NCBI GenBank assembly: GCA_964419735.1
Contig: CAYQRW010000001.1
Coordinates: 1 to 43,148, forward strand
Length of the DNA: 43,148 bases
Source of the DNA: an uncultured Spirochaeta sp.
Lineage (GTDB): Bacteria; Spirochaetota; Spirochaetia; DSM-27196; Alkalispirochaetaceae
Direction: 5' to 3'
This document shows positions 7,613 through 16,288 of the stretch, in pieces (position 1 is the first letter of the stretch; the number at the start of each line of letters is the position of its first letter). The notes beneath the pieces were generated by a model. The model was not told the origin of the DNA. It ran no database searches and worked only from the letters and a program-made list of their open reading frames with translations. The position numbers and the translations under genes are program-made.

Positions 7613-8581
7613 TCAGTACTCCACGGCAACAGAGGTTCCGGCCGTGCGTCCCGCGGTGTCGATCGATTCCAGAACGGCGGTTGATGCTCGTCCGGCAGTG
7701 CCGTCGCACATCAGCGGGACGCCATCCAGGAGATGAGCAACAAAGTTCTCCACCAAGCCCCAGTGTGTCCACGGGAGAGTTCCCAGATGCAGAATCTCGG
7801 GAGCGTGGCTTGGGGGACTGGTTGTCGCCTGCTCCGGCGCCTTCTGGACGGCCCGTATCGCTGCCACTCCGCGCTTTAGGTCGTAGACGAATAAGGTCGC
7901 GGAAGTGCCTACAATGATAAACGCCTCCGGCATGCCGGTTTCCGTCCACTGCTCCATCATCGTCACTACCGTGCCGGAGGAAGTGTGAGCGGTAATACGC
8001 GGCACCATTTGTTCGAATCGATAGCCTGTGTTGGGTCGAACCGACTCTCGTTCCACGGTCTCAATCGGTCCGAGAAGATGATGAACCAGGTCGATTCGGT
8101 GGCTGGTGGGGAACTCACCGTTGATCGCCATGCGCACTGGGGTGCCGAGGACCCCGTCGGCAATTGTCCGTTTCGCCAGGGAAACACTCGGGTATCCGCG
8201 ACGGTAGTACGCAACGGCAAGAGATCGATTTGCCTGCGCCGCAGCGCTCACCATGGCGTCGCATTCGGTCGTCGACAACGCCATCGGCTTTTCCACCAGC
8301 ACGTGTTTTCCGGCTTCTAATGCCGCGATCGTATGCTCCGCGTGGAGGTGGTGTGGCGTCGCCACGTAGACCGCGTCGATTTCCGAATCCTCCAGCATCC
8401 GTTCGTACGAGGCTGTTACCTGACCGTGACCATGCCGTTCCACAAACGATAGGGCCGCTGAGCTGTCCCTGCGGAACACCATCCGTAGCTGCGACCGCGG
8501 CACCTGGTAGAGCGGGGGGCCGCTTTTCCGTTCGCACACGTCACCGGCACCGATAATTCCCCATCTAACTGACGTGTTCAT
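7613..8581 (-). CDS. Gfo/Idh/MocA-family NAD(P)-dependent oxidoreductase
   Basis: 'WGIIGAG', 'DAVYVATPHHLH', 'GKHVLVEKPMA', 'AYYRR'. ATGA overlap with the upstream gene. Confidence 0.9.
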   Translation of the reverse strand: MNTSVRWGIIGAGDVCERKSGPPLYQVPRSQLRMVFRRDSSAALSFVERHGHGQVTASYERMLEDSEIDAVYVATPHHLHAEHTIAALEAGKHVLVEKPMALSTTECDAMVSAAAQANRSLAVAYYRRGYPSVSLAKRTIADGVLGTPVRMAINGEFPTSHRIDLVHHLLGPIETVERESVRPNTGYRFEQMVPRITAHTSSGTVVTMMEQWTETGMPEAFIIVGTSATLFVYDLKRGVAAIRAVQKAPEQATTSPPSHAPEILHLGTLPWTHWGLVENFVAHLLDGVPLMCDGTAGRASTAVLESIDTAGRTAGTSVAVEY

Positions 8582-9927
8582 AGCGACGTCTCCTTCTTAA
8601 CCGCAAACGCGCCGGTGGCGAGTTGCAGAATCCCCGAGCCAACAAGGGTTATTGCCGCAACCACCGTTCCCGGAAGCGTTGTAGCAATGGGCAAGAACAG
8701 CCCAAACCCAACGTAGCCGAGAATCCGAACTGCCATCGCGGCGGTAACCCAACTTGTCCGACCTGTTGCGATAAGTATACCGTTAAACATCGCGATACGG
8801 GTGGTAATCCACGGCATCGGCGTAACGATGGCGATTGCAGGCATGATCAGGGACAGCAACTCAGGTGGGGCGTTTATCACGACGTTAAACCAGAGCATTC
8901 GCACCGGAGTCAGGAAGAAGATCGCTGCGATCACGGTGAGGCCCGCCCCGATCAGCGTTGCCGTTCGGCGGACGCTCGGTACCGCGTCACGTTGGTCACT
9001 GATGCGCGCCACGGCTACTTCCTGAAACGACATCCCCAACGCTTGAAAAATGCCGACGAACGCAAAAATCAATGGCCACGCGGCGAGGGAAGCCGTCGCT
9101 TGTCCCGAGCGAGTGATACTCCAGACCAATAGTGGTCGTCCAACGGTCATGACGATTCCGGTAAGAGCGAGAGGCATATAGAACCGCGCAATACCAGAAG
9201 CTGTCGCAGGCTGAGACGATGGTACGGAGTTCTGTTCCGAAAAAGTCGGTATGATCCGCCGTTGAAACCGGAAGACTGCGGCGATTGCGCCGGCGACAAC
9301 CCCCGTGGTAAACGCGCCGGCGGCGATCGTAGCCCCCGGCGGAAGCACATCGAAACCGAAACCGTTGAGCAGCAGAACCGATACCAGAAGTAGGGTAGTA
9401 GCTGTAAGTCTGATAAGGGTGACAACCGCGACGGAACGGGTGGTTCGTGCACGGACCATGGCGCCTTGGAGCAGGCGACGGAGCCCCACGGCGGCGGAGA
9501 TCGGCGCAAGAGCCAGAAACGCGTGTCGGGAGGGAGTGACCAGCTCAGCTGGTACGCCGATCACTTCGTCCACGATAAAGGCAAACGTGCTCGTGAGACC
9601 GACGAAAAGGTGTATTGCGGTAAGCGTCCCGGCGATTACAAGAAAGAAGCGAAACGCGTGACGGTGTGACGGTCGATCAACGATGAGGGCAGTACCGGCG
9701 GACAGCAGTTGAAGAATGGGACTGTGAATCAGTGCGGCAAGGCCAAAGGCAACCTCAAACGCTGCCAGAGACTGGGCAGGACGGGGTAGTCTGCTGACGA
9801 CGGCGCCGATCGTGGGTTGCTCGACGCCCATGATGAGCCAGATAAGAGCGAGGGGCGCCCAGAAACGGAGGAGGAGCAGGGTTTCGGTCGGCTTCCTGTC
9901 GCGGGATCGGCTACGACATATTGTCAT
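8578..9927 (-). CDS. MOP/MATE-superfamily membrane transporter, ANKH-like
   Basis: About 12 hydrophobic segments with an internal two-fold repeat ('RFWAPLAL' / 'RFYMPLAL', 'SLAAF' / 'SLAAW'). The N-half resembles vertebrate ANKH as recalled from memory. Confidence 0.75.
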   Translation of the reverse strand: MTICRSRSRDRKPTETLLLLRFWAPLALIWLIMGVEQPTIGAVVSRLPRPAQSLAAFEVAFGLAALIHSPILQLLSAGTALIVDRPSHRHAFRFFLVIAGTLTAIHLFVGLTSTFAFIVDEVIGVPAELVTPSRHAFLALAPISAAVGLRRLLQGAMVRARTTRSVAVVTLIRLTATTLLLVSVLLLNGFGFDVLPPGATIAAGAFTTGVVAGAIAAVFRFQRRIIPTFSEQNSVPSSQPATASGIARFYMPLALTGIVMTVGRPLLVWSITRSGQATASLAAWPLIFAFVGIFQALGMSFQEVAVARISDQRDAVPSVRRTATLIGAGLTVIAAIFFLTPVRMLWFNVVINAPPELLSLIMPAIAIVTPMPWITTRIAMFNGILIATGRTSWVTAAMAVRILGYVGFGLFLPIATTLPGTVVAAITLVGSGILQLATGAFAVKKETSL

Positions 9928-9936
9928 GCGAGCTGT

Positions 9937-9965
9937 ATTCTACTGTCGTTACCACGTTCATGCAA
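9937..9965 (-). promoter_or_regulatory. Promoter of the ANKH-like/Gfo operon
   Basis: Minus strand TTGCAT, 17 bp spacer, TAGAAT, then 9 nt to ATG 9927. Confidence 0.6.
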
Positions 9966-9999
9966 TAAAATATAGTTAGCAGAGTCGATAAAATATGTT

Positions 10000-10030
10000 T
10001 TGACGCCTTAGAAAACATATGTTTTAATAT
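10000..10030 (+). promoter_or_regulatory. Promoter of the ABC operon with a 14-bp palindromic operator
   Basis: TTGACG at 10000-10005. Perfect palindrome AAAACATATGTTTT at 10012-10025 overlaps the spacer and -10 (TTTAAT/TAATAT). Confidence 0.65.
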
Positions 10031-10059
10031 AGGTAAATTAACCGAAGGAGGGTTTGTAC

Positions 10060-11385
10060 ATGACGCATATGAGAACAGTCGTGTCGATCATGGTCAGCTT
10101 GGTGTTAATCACCGGGCTGGTGTTTGCAAGTGGCCAAGGTGAAGCTCCAGTGACGGAAGCCGAAAGTGGTGAGACCGTTACCGTTCGAGTGCTTACACCG
10201 CGGTGGGCATCAACGGGGGATGTCCGCGTAGAGCGGCAGGTAGCGTTTCAAAGTGTTATCGACTCGTTCGAAGCCGCTCATCCAAACGTCCGAGTAGAAG
10301 AAGTAATCTCGTCGGCAAGTAGTTACGACGTCGACGTCGCCAATCAAATCCAGGATGGAACCGTCGAAGTAGTGTGGATCAACAATCCGTTTTATCCCAC
10401 ATTGCAGCAGCAGGGGGCCCTTGCCGATCTTGAACCGCACCTGTCTCAAGAAGACCTGGACGATTTCTTTTCGTGGACGATCGAAGCGCTGAAATCCGTC
10501 AATGGTGAGCTTGGCGGCCTATGGCACAACACCGATGTGAGGCTCTTCTTCTACCGTGAGGATCTGATGTCTGATCCACCGACGACATTGAGTGGCTTGC
10601 GAGAGGAGTTGGAGAATGTCCGGGAACAGAATCCCGATCTTACCGCTCCATACTTTGTGTCTCTGGGCCACACCGACGGGATGTTCCACATGTACGGAAA
10701 CTTCCTTGCCATGGGCGGCAAAGCTCTTGATGACTCCGGTCGACCGGTTTTGCTGGAAGGTGACAACCTGGACATATGGGTGGAAATCTTCGAGAGCTAT
10801 GGCGCACTGGTTGAGGACGGTTTTATTCCGGAGAGTGCCGCTGCAGCACGGGAAAGCGGCGTGGTCCCGTTACTCTTGTCCGGTGATGTTGCAAGCTTCG
10901 TGGGAAACAGCAACTACGGCGTACGCGAGATCAGTCCAAAACTCCCTGAAGAGGAAGCTGAATTGTGGCAAGCGACGCCGGTTCTTGGGTACGAAGGCCA
11001 TCCCACCGGTCGGGGTTTGAGTGGCGGTTGGGTTTATTCGGCGCGGAAGATTGACGATAATCCGGCGCTGCAGCAGGCCGCGATAGATTTCGTGATCCAC
11101 GCCACCAGCTTCTCCGCTATGCGCCAGACAACCAAGGCCGGCGGATGGACGCCAACCCGGGAGAGCGTGTTCACTTCTGATACGTTCTTTAGCGAGGATC
11201 GCTTCATGGCGGCTACCGCCGAGGCATTGGAGAATTCTACGGTTCGACCGTTGGTTCCCGTGTCGCCCATATTCTCGCAGGTCGTGAGTGACGCGCTCAG
11301 CCGTTACATAACGGGAAATGACTCCGCTCGCGAAGTTCTTGAGGAGGCAAATGAGGAGCTTCAGACGGAGTATGAGAACCTCTGA
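10060..11385 (+). CDS. Carbohydrate ABC transporter solute-binding protein (family 1)
   Basis: AAGGAGGG SD. Signal peptide ending 'LVFASGQGE'. 'FEAAHPNVRVE', 'LFFYREDL', 'GGWVY'. Confidence 0.88.
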   Translation: MTHMRTVVSIMVSLVLITGLVFASGQGEAPVTEAESGETVTVRVLTPRWASTGDVRVERQVAFQSVIDSFEAAHPNVRVEEVISSASSYDVDVANQIQDGTVEVVWINNPFYPTLQQQGALADLEPHLSQEDLDDFFSWTIEALKSVNGELGGLWHNTDVRLFFYREDLMSDPPTTLSGLREELENVREQNPDLTAPYFVSLGHTDGMFHMYGNFLAMGGKALDDSGRPVLLEGDNLDIWVEIFESYGALVEDGFIPESAAAARESGVVPLLLSGDVASFVGNSNYGVREISPKLPEEEAELWQATPVLGYEGHPTGRGLSGGWVYSARKIDDNPALQQAAIDFVIHATSFSAMRQTTKAGGWTPTRESVFTSDTFFSEDRFMAATAEALENSTVRPLVPVSPIFSQVVSDALSRYITGNDSAREVLEEANEELQTEYENL

Positions 11386-11410
11386 TTGGGGCTGCACGCA
11401 TCATCAGACT

Positions 11411-11439
11411 TGCCCCGGGGTGTTGTATACCTCGGGGCA
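11411..11439 (+). other. Intercistronic stem-loop after the SBP gene (mRNA stabiliser or partial terminator)
   Basis: TGCCCCGGGGTGT-TGT-ATACCTCGGGGCA. Confidence 0.6.
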
Positions 11440-11456
11440 TCCTTTGAGGGAATACA

Positions 11457-12383
11457 GTGAGTGATACAACAGCAAGCGGCACACCCTTACGCCCGGAATC
11501 GTCGCTAGAGCGGTTCGTCAACAGTCCCTGGCCGTTTATCGTACCGGCCTTGCTGGCATTAGTTGTAATGCGGGCGTTTCCGTTCGTGTGGCAAATATGG
11601 CTCTCCATGACCGATATGCGCCTGGGCAGCTCTGGAACGTTCATCGGTCTAGACAACTTCCGGATTATCTTTTCCAGTCCGACGTTCCTGCGATCTTTGA
11701 GCTATACGGCTCTGTTTTTGGTAGCAACCGTTGCGGGGCAAATGACTCTCGGACTGGGGCTGGCGTTGCTGCTTGATGGCGATTATCGCGGACGAGACAT
11801 GTACCGCATGCTCTTTCTGATTCCATGGGTGGTCAGTGGTCTGGTTATCGGTATTCTCTGGCAACTTATGTTGCTTGAGACAAATACCGGGTTCCTGAAC
11901 GCCCTGCTTTCGCGCTTTGGATGGGAAGAACCGGTGCGCTGGATCAGCAATCCGCGAATGGCGCAGGCCTCAGTTATCGGTGTGTATATCTGGAAAGGGC
12001 TTGGATTCTCTATGTTACTTCTTTCCGGGGGGCTAAAAACGATACCTAATGAGCTCATTGAGTCAGCCGACATTGACGGGGCCAGCAGTTGGCGAAAACT
12101 GCTTTCCATCAAAATCCCAATGATGAAAGAGATTCTCAGTGTGAATCTGATCTTTGCCACGATTGGCTCATTGAACTCCTACGAAACGGTGTACGTCTTG
12201 ACCAATGGTGGCCCCGGTGGGGCAACCTCGTTGATCGCCCTGGAAATGTTTCGTACCGCCTTCGGTGACGGACGGAACCAGCTAGGTCGCGGGTCAGCGA
12301 TCGGTGTCGTGATGTTTCTGGTAACGTTCATTTTCGTGGTCATATACGTCCGTTACACACAGTTTGGAAAGGAGTCATCCTGA
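11457..12383 (+). CDS. Carbohydrate ABC transporter permease (MalF-like)
   Basis: 'FIGLDNF', EAA loop 'IPNELIESADIDGAS', 'LTNGGPG'. Confidence 0.92.
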   Translation: MSDTTASGTPLRPESSLERFVNSPWPFIVPALLALVVMRAFPFVWQIWLSMTDMRLGSSGTFIGLDNFRIIFSSPTFLRSLSYTALFLVATVAGQMTLGLGLALLLDGDYRGRDMYRMLFLIPWVVSGLVIGILWQLMLLETNTGFLNALLSRFGWEEPVRWISNPRMAQASVIGVYIWKGLGFSMLLLSGGLKTIPNELIESADIDGASSWRKLLSIKIPMMKEILSVNLIFATIGSLNSYETVYVLTNGGPGGATSLIALEMFRTAFGDGRNQLGRGSAIGVVMFLVTFIFVVIYVRYTQFGKESS

Positions 12384-13231
12384 TGGCGTTGCGAGGTACG
12401 GTTGCTCAACGCGTTCGACGTACCGTTGCGCGCCACGGAATCTCGATTTTTGCGGCGCTGGTCTTTGTATATCCCGTGGTTTGGATTCTCATGGCTTCGA
12501 TCAAGCCGGCGATCGAGATATATCGCGCCCCATTAACTCTGCTACCCAGTGTGGCTGACTTCACGGGCTTTCAGTTGATTCTCCAGCGCTGGCCACTGTG
12601 GACATTCCTCTTCAATTCGTTGTTGTACAGTATCGGTGCCGTTGCAATATCGCTTGCGTTTGCGCTATTTGCGTCGTATGGATTGTCCCGGAGCGAGTTC
12701 CGAGGCAAGCAATTCACGCTCATCCTGATTCTGATGGTTCAGATGATCCCAGCTCTCGTCTCCGCGATCCCGATCTACCTGCTTATGCAGCGCATGGGAA
12801 TTTACAATTCGCGGCTCGGCATGGTTATCCTGTATTCTGCGATGCGTATACCCTGGGGTGTGTGGATCATGGTGGGGTTTCTCAACAAGATTCCGCGCGC
12901 CTTGGATGAAGCTGCGATCATCGACGGCTGCAATCGACTTACGATTCTACACCGCATCATCTTCCCGCTGGCCCTTCCAGGACTCGCGTCCGCGGCGATC
13001 TTTACGTTCGTAGGTACGTGGAACGAGTTCGCTTTGGCGTCAATCATACTCCGAGACACCAATGTACTATCGCTTCCAGTTGCGGCACTCACCATTGTCC
13101 AGCATGACCCGAATGACTGGCGGCTTATCGCGGTAACCGCAACGGTGAACTTGCTTCCAGTTCTGATGGTATTTGCTGTACTTCAGAGGCACATCATAGC
13201 GGGACTTACCCGTGGAGCTCTGAAAGGATAA
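12383..13231 (+). CDS. Carbohydrate ABC transporter permease (MalG-like)
   Basis: EAA loop 'IPRALDEAAIIDGC', 'TWNEF', 'QRHIIAGLTRGALKG'. Confidence 0.92.
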   Translation: MALRGTVAQRVRRTVARHGISIFAALVFVYPVVWILMASIKPAIEIYRAPLTLLPSVADFTGFQLILQRWPLWTFLFNSLLYSIGAVAISLAFALFASYGLSRSEFRGKQFTLILILMVQMIPALVSAIPIYLLMQRMGIYNSRLGMVILYSAMRIPWGVWIMVGFLNKIPRALDEAAIIDGCNRLTILHRIIFPLALPGLASAAIFTFVGTWNEFALASIILRDTNVLSLPVAALTIVQHDPNDWRLIAVTATVNLLPVLMVFAVLQRHIIAGLTRGALKG

Positions 13232-13243
13232 CGGGAAGATACC

Positions 13244-14377
13244 ATGTCAGAAGCTACAACCGGACGCTATAATCGGGAGGTGACATCAAAACACAAGTAT
13301 CGCCGTATAGCCGAATCTCTTCGTCAGCGCATTACAAGCGGGGTACTGGTGGCCGGGGATTTTCTCCCGACCACGAAACAGTTGGCTGAGGAGTATCACA
13401 CTACTTCAGTGACGATCGACCGGGCGATCGGTCTGCTCGTGACTGAAGGTATGGTTTCGCGGACCCCGGGTGTGGGTACGGTGGTTGAGTCTTCTCGACC
13501 GGAAACAGGGCCAATCGGAACGGAAACCGGACTGGTGGGCGCCTTGCTCCAGGCGCGCACGGAATCCCACTATTGGGACCTCCTCATTGAGGGCATTAAC
13601 GACGTCTTGCGTCCGTCCGGCCTGTCTACGCTTATCGGATACCACAACCAGGACTACGATGTCGCGATGGAACACGCGCGTCTCTTCCAGGAACGAGGCG
13701 CCGGCCTGATCTTTTTCGCGCCCTTTGATCGTCCCGACAGTCAGAGCTATGAAACGGATAACGCACGGGTCATCAGTGAACTCCGGGAGATGGGATTCAC
13801 GGTGATCATGCTTGACCGGTATGTGAAGAGTGCCGGTGGACACTTCGTCTCGGAGTCCAGCTACGATCAGGGAGTAGCGATGATGGAGACGCTTATCGAC
13901 CGAGGGTACACCGCGCCGTTGTGTATCAGTACCGATTTTGTCTCTGTCATCGAGTCGCGGGAGGCTGCGTTTGTCGAGGGATGCAAGAGGCGTGGTATCG
14001 ACGACGGCGAGAGCCGAATCGTCAGGGTCCCGCTAAAACGGTTCCAGGAACGAGACTACGACTCAGTTCGGGAAGCTCTCATTTCCATGCCGAAACCAGA
14101 TGTTGTGGTGTGTCTCAATAGTCGCATCTTTAACACAGTGATCTACGTGTTGGCGAAGTCGGGTGGTGATGATCGCTTGCCCACGGATGTCTCACTTGCG
14201 GGTTTCGTAGATTTTGAACTTATGGATCTCGACGATGTTGAAGCGTATGTCGAGCAACCGGTGCGGGAAGTTGGTCGCGCGGCGGGTCGGATGGCGCAGC
14301 GAATTCTTCGGGAGCCAGGTGGACCGGAGATTCAGCACGCGTTTGTGCCGTGCGAGCTGCGCATTCTCGATGACTGA
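13244..14377 (+). CDS. GntR-HTH / LacI-type sensor regulator (AraR-like)
   Basis: 'KYRRIAESLRQRITSG...LPTTKQLAEEY...GVGTVV' GntR wHTH followed by a periplasmic-binding-fold domain. Confidence 0.85.
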   Translation: MSEATTGRYNREVTSKHKYRRIAESLRQRITSGVLVAGDFLPTTKQLAEEYHTTSVTIDRAIGLLVTEGMVSRTPGVGTVVESSRPETGPIGTETGLVGALLQARTESHYWDLLIEGINDVLRPSGLSTLIGYHNQDYDVAMEHARLFQERGAGLIFFAPFDRPDSQSYETDNARVISELREMGFTVIMLDRYVKSAGGHFVSESSYDQGVAMMETLIDRGYTAPLCISTDFVSVIESREAAFVEGCKRRGIDDGESRIVRVPLKRFQERDYDSVREALISMPKPDVVVCLNSRIFNTVIYVLAKSGGDDRLPTDVSLAGFVDFELMDLDDVEAYVEQPVREVGRAAGRMAQRILREPGGPEIQHAFVPCELRILDD

Positions 14378-14388
14378 AAGGAATCCCA

Positions 14389-15774
14389 GTGGCTGTACTT
14401 GCCTTTATTCAACATCGACTTGGCAGAACCGACGGAGTTTCTCTCGAGGTCGACAAATGGCGCTCCGTCTTGGAACGTCATGGTCATACGGTTCACTACA
14501 TCGCCGGCAACGAGGACGTTCCCGGAGGGCACGTCATTCCCGAGCTGTACCCATTCCATCCAATGACGGAGCGGATTATCCGCAACGCTACGCGCAGCCT
14601 TGAGGACTACGATACACCGGCCGATCTGATCGCGGAAGTGGAACGGCACGCCGGGCTCATCAAACCGCAGTTTGAGCGATTCTTTGATGAGTTGGGCGTT
14701 GACCTGATCTTGCCAAATAATCTTCTCAGTGTCGGCTACAATCTCCCGGGGATGGTCGCGCTTGTGCAGATCATCGAAGAGCGGAAGCTCCCCACGATCT
14801 GTCATAATCACGACTTCTGGTGGGAGGACTCCGGGGAGGTGTATCCCACCTGTGAGGAAGTGATCGATCTGTACCGACGGTACGCGCCTCCGGATTTTCC
14901 CTGGGTTCAGCACGTCACTATAAACCGGATCGGCCAGGATGCTCTGCGTCAGCACCGAGGGATTGAGTCCACGGTTGTGCCAAACGTCTTCGACTTCAGT
15001 GTGCCTGTCTGGAATGAAGATGAGTACAACCGGGACTTCCGGGAGTCCCTCGGCCTCAATCCCGACGACCTGATGTTCCTGCAGGCAACGCGGATACTTG
15101 ATCGCAAGGCGATTGAGCTGGCGATAGATGTCGTCGGCCGAATCGGCGAACCGCGCCGGCGCCGGCGTCTGGAAGGTGCGCTCTACGACGGTCGCCAGTT
15201 TGGTCCTGAGAATCGAATCGCCTTGGTTTGCTCGGGGTACGTGGAGGGAATCGGGTTAACTGATACATATCCCCACGCTCTGGAACAGCGTGCCCGCCGG
15301 CGAGGTGTGGAACTGATCTGGGCCGGTGAGCGCGTTAAACACTCTCGTGGCCGCACCGAGGATGGAGAGAAGATCTATTCCCTGTGGGATAGCTACGTCC
15401 AGGCGGACATGGTCACCTATCCCAGTATCTGGGAGGGGTGGGGTAATCAATTCATTGAGGCGGTCTTTGCTCACCTTCCGGTGGTTCTCTTCGAGTATCC
15501 TGTGTGGAAAAGTGATCTCGCCCAGGTCGGATTTGATGTAGCTTCGTTGGGAGACCGGATCGTGGGCCACGACGAACAAGGCCTGGTTGAAGTGGCGGAA
15601 GAACAGCTCGATCGCGCCGTAGAGAAGACGCTGACATTTCTGAAAGACGGTGACCGGCGCCGCGAAGCGACGGAACGCAACTACGCCCTCGCCGAACGAT
15701 TCTTCTCCTACGATGCCCTGGAGTCGTATGTGGCACCGCTGGTGGAGAGAGCTCTCCATGAGCAGGGAGCATAA
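14389..15774 (+). CDS. GT4 glycosyltransferase, mannosylglucosylglycerate synthase (MggS)-like
   Basis: 'TDGVSLEVDKW', 'HNHDFWWE', 'QATRILDRKAIE', 'YPSIWEGWGNQFIEA' (GT-B E-x7-E). Confidence 0.8.
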   Translation: MAVLAFIQHRLGRTDGVSLEVDKWRSVLERHGHTVHYIAGNEDVPGGHVIPELYPFHPMTERIIRNATRSLEDYDTPADLIAEVERHAGLIKPQFERFFDELGVDLILPNNLLSVGYNLPGMVALVQIIEERKLPTICHNHDFWWEDSGEVYPTCEEVIDLYRRYAPPDFPWVQHVTINRIGQDALRQHRGIESTVVPNVFDFSVPVWNEDEYNRDFRESLGLNPDDLMFLQATRILDRKAIELAIDVVGRIGEPRRRRRLEGALYDGRQFGPENRIALVCSGYVEGIGLTDTYPHALEQRARRRGVELIWAGERVKHSRGRTEDGEKIYSLWDSYVQADMVTYPSIWEGWGNQFIEAVFAHLPVVLFEYPVWKSDLAQVGFDVASLGDRIVGHDEQGLVEVAEEQLDRAVEKTLTFLKDGDRRREATERNYALAERFFSYDALESYVAPLVERALHEQGA

Positions 15775-15796
15775 CGGTGTGTCCTGGAGTAAACCG

Positions 15797-16288
15797 ATGC
15801 ACCGCCCCCTGGTGATCCAGGAGTTAACCGCCGAGCGGTTCAAACCGTTCGGGCTCGTTGTGGAAACCCCAGAAGCGGGCTTTTCATCGGTACTGCTCCA
15901 ACCGGAAGCGGCGGGGTGGCAGGCAGCAATCAATCGCGTGATGACGACGCACCTTGAATCACTCCATTACCATCCGGACACATGGGAATGCTTTTCGCCG
16001 TTGGATGCGAGATTAGCGATCGCCGTGGCTCCCCCAGGGATGACCTTACCGTCTGATGCGCGGGCAGTGGCCGGCCATATCGCCGTTTTCAACCTGAATG
16101 TCCCCGTATGTGTCGCACCGAAAACCTGGCATTCACTTTTGTGGATTACTACGGGAAACAACCGATCCGGCAGCGAGACGGGAGCCACCGCGTTTGTCTG
16201 CGAAAATGCTCATGTTCGCGGTGTGACCACGTATCTCGATAGCCCGATAGCCATCGCAGCTGCGCGTTCAGCAGGAGGAATGCCATGA
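15797..16288 (+). CDS. Ureidoglycolate-lyase (AllA)-like cupin
   Basis: 'QELTAERFKPFGLVV', 'LHYHPDTWECFSPL', 'PKTWHS'. GGAG SD before ATG 15797 (alternative start 15758). Confidence 0.65.
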   Translation: MHRPLVIQELTAERFKPFGLVVETPEAGFSSVLLQPEAAGWQAAINRVMTTHLESLHYHPDTWECFSPLDARLAIAVAPPGMTLPSDARAVAGHIAVFNLNVPVCVAPKTWHSLLWITTGNNRSGSETGATAFVCENAHVRGVTTYLDSPIAIAAARSAGGMP

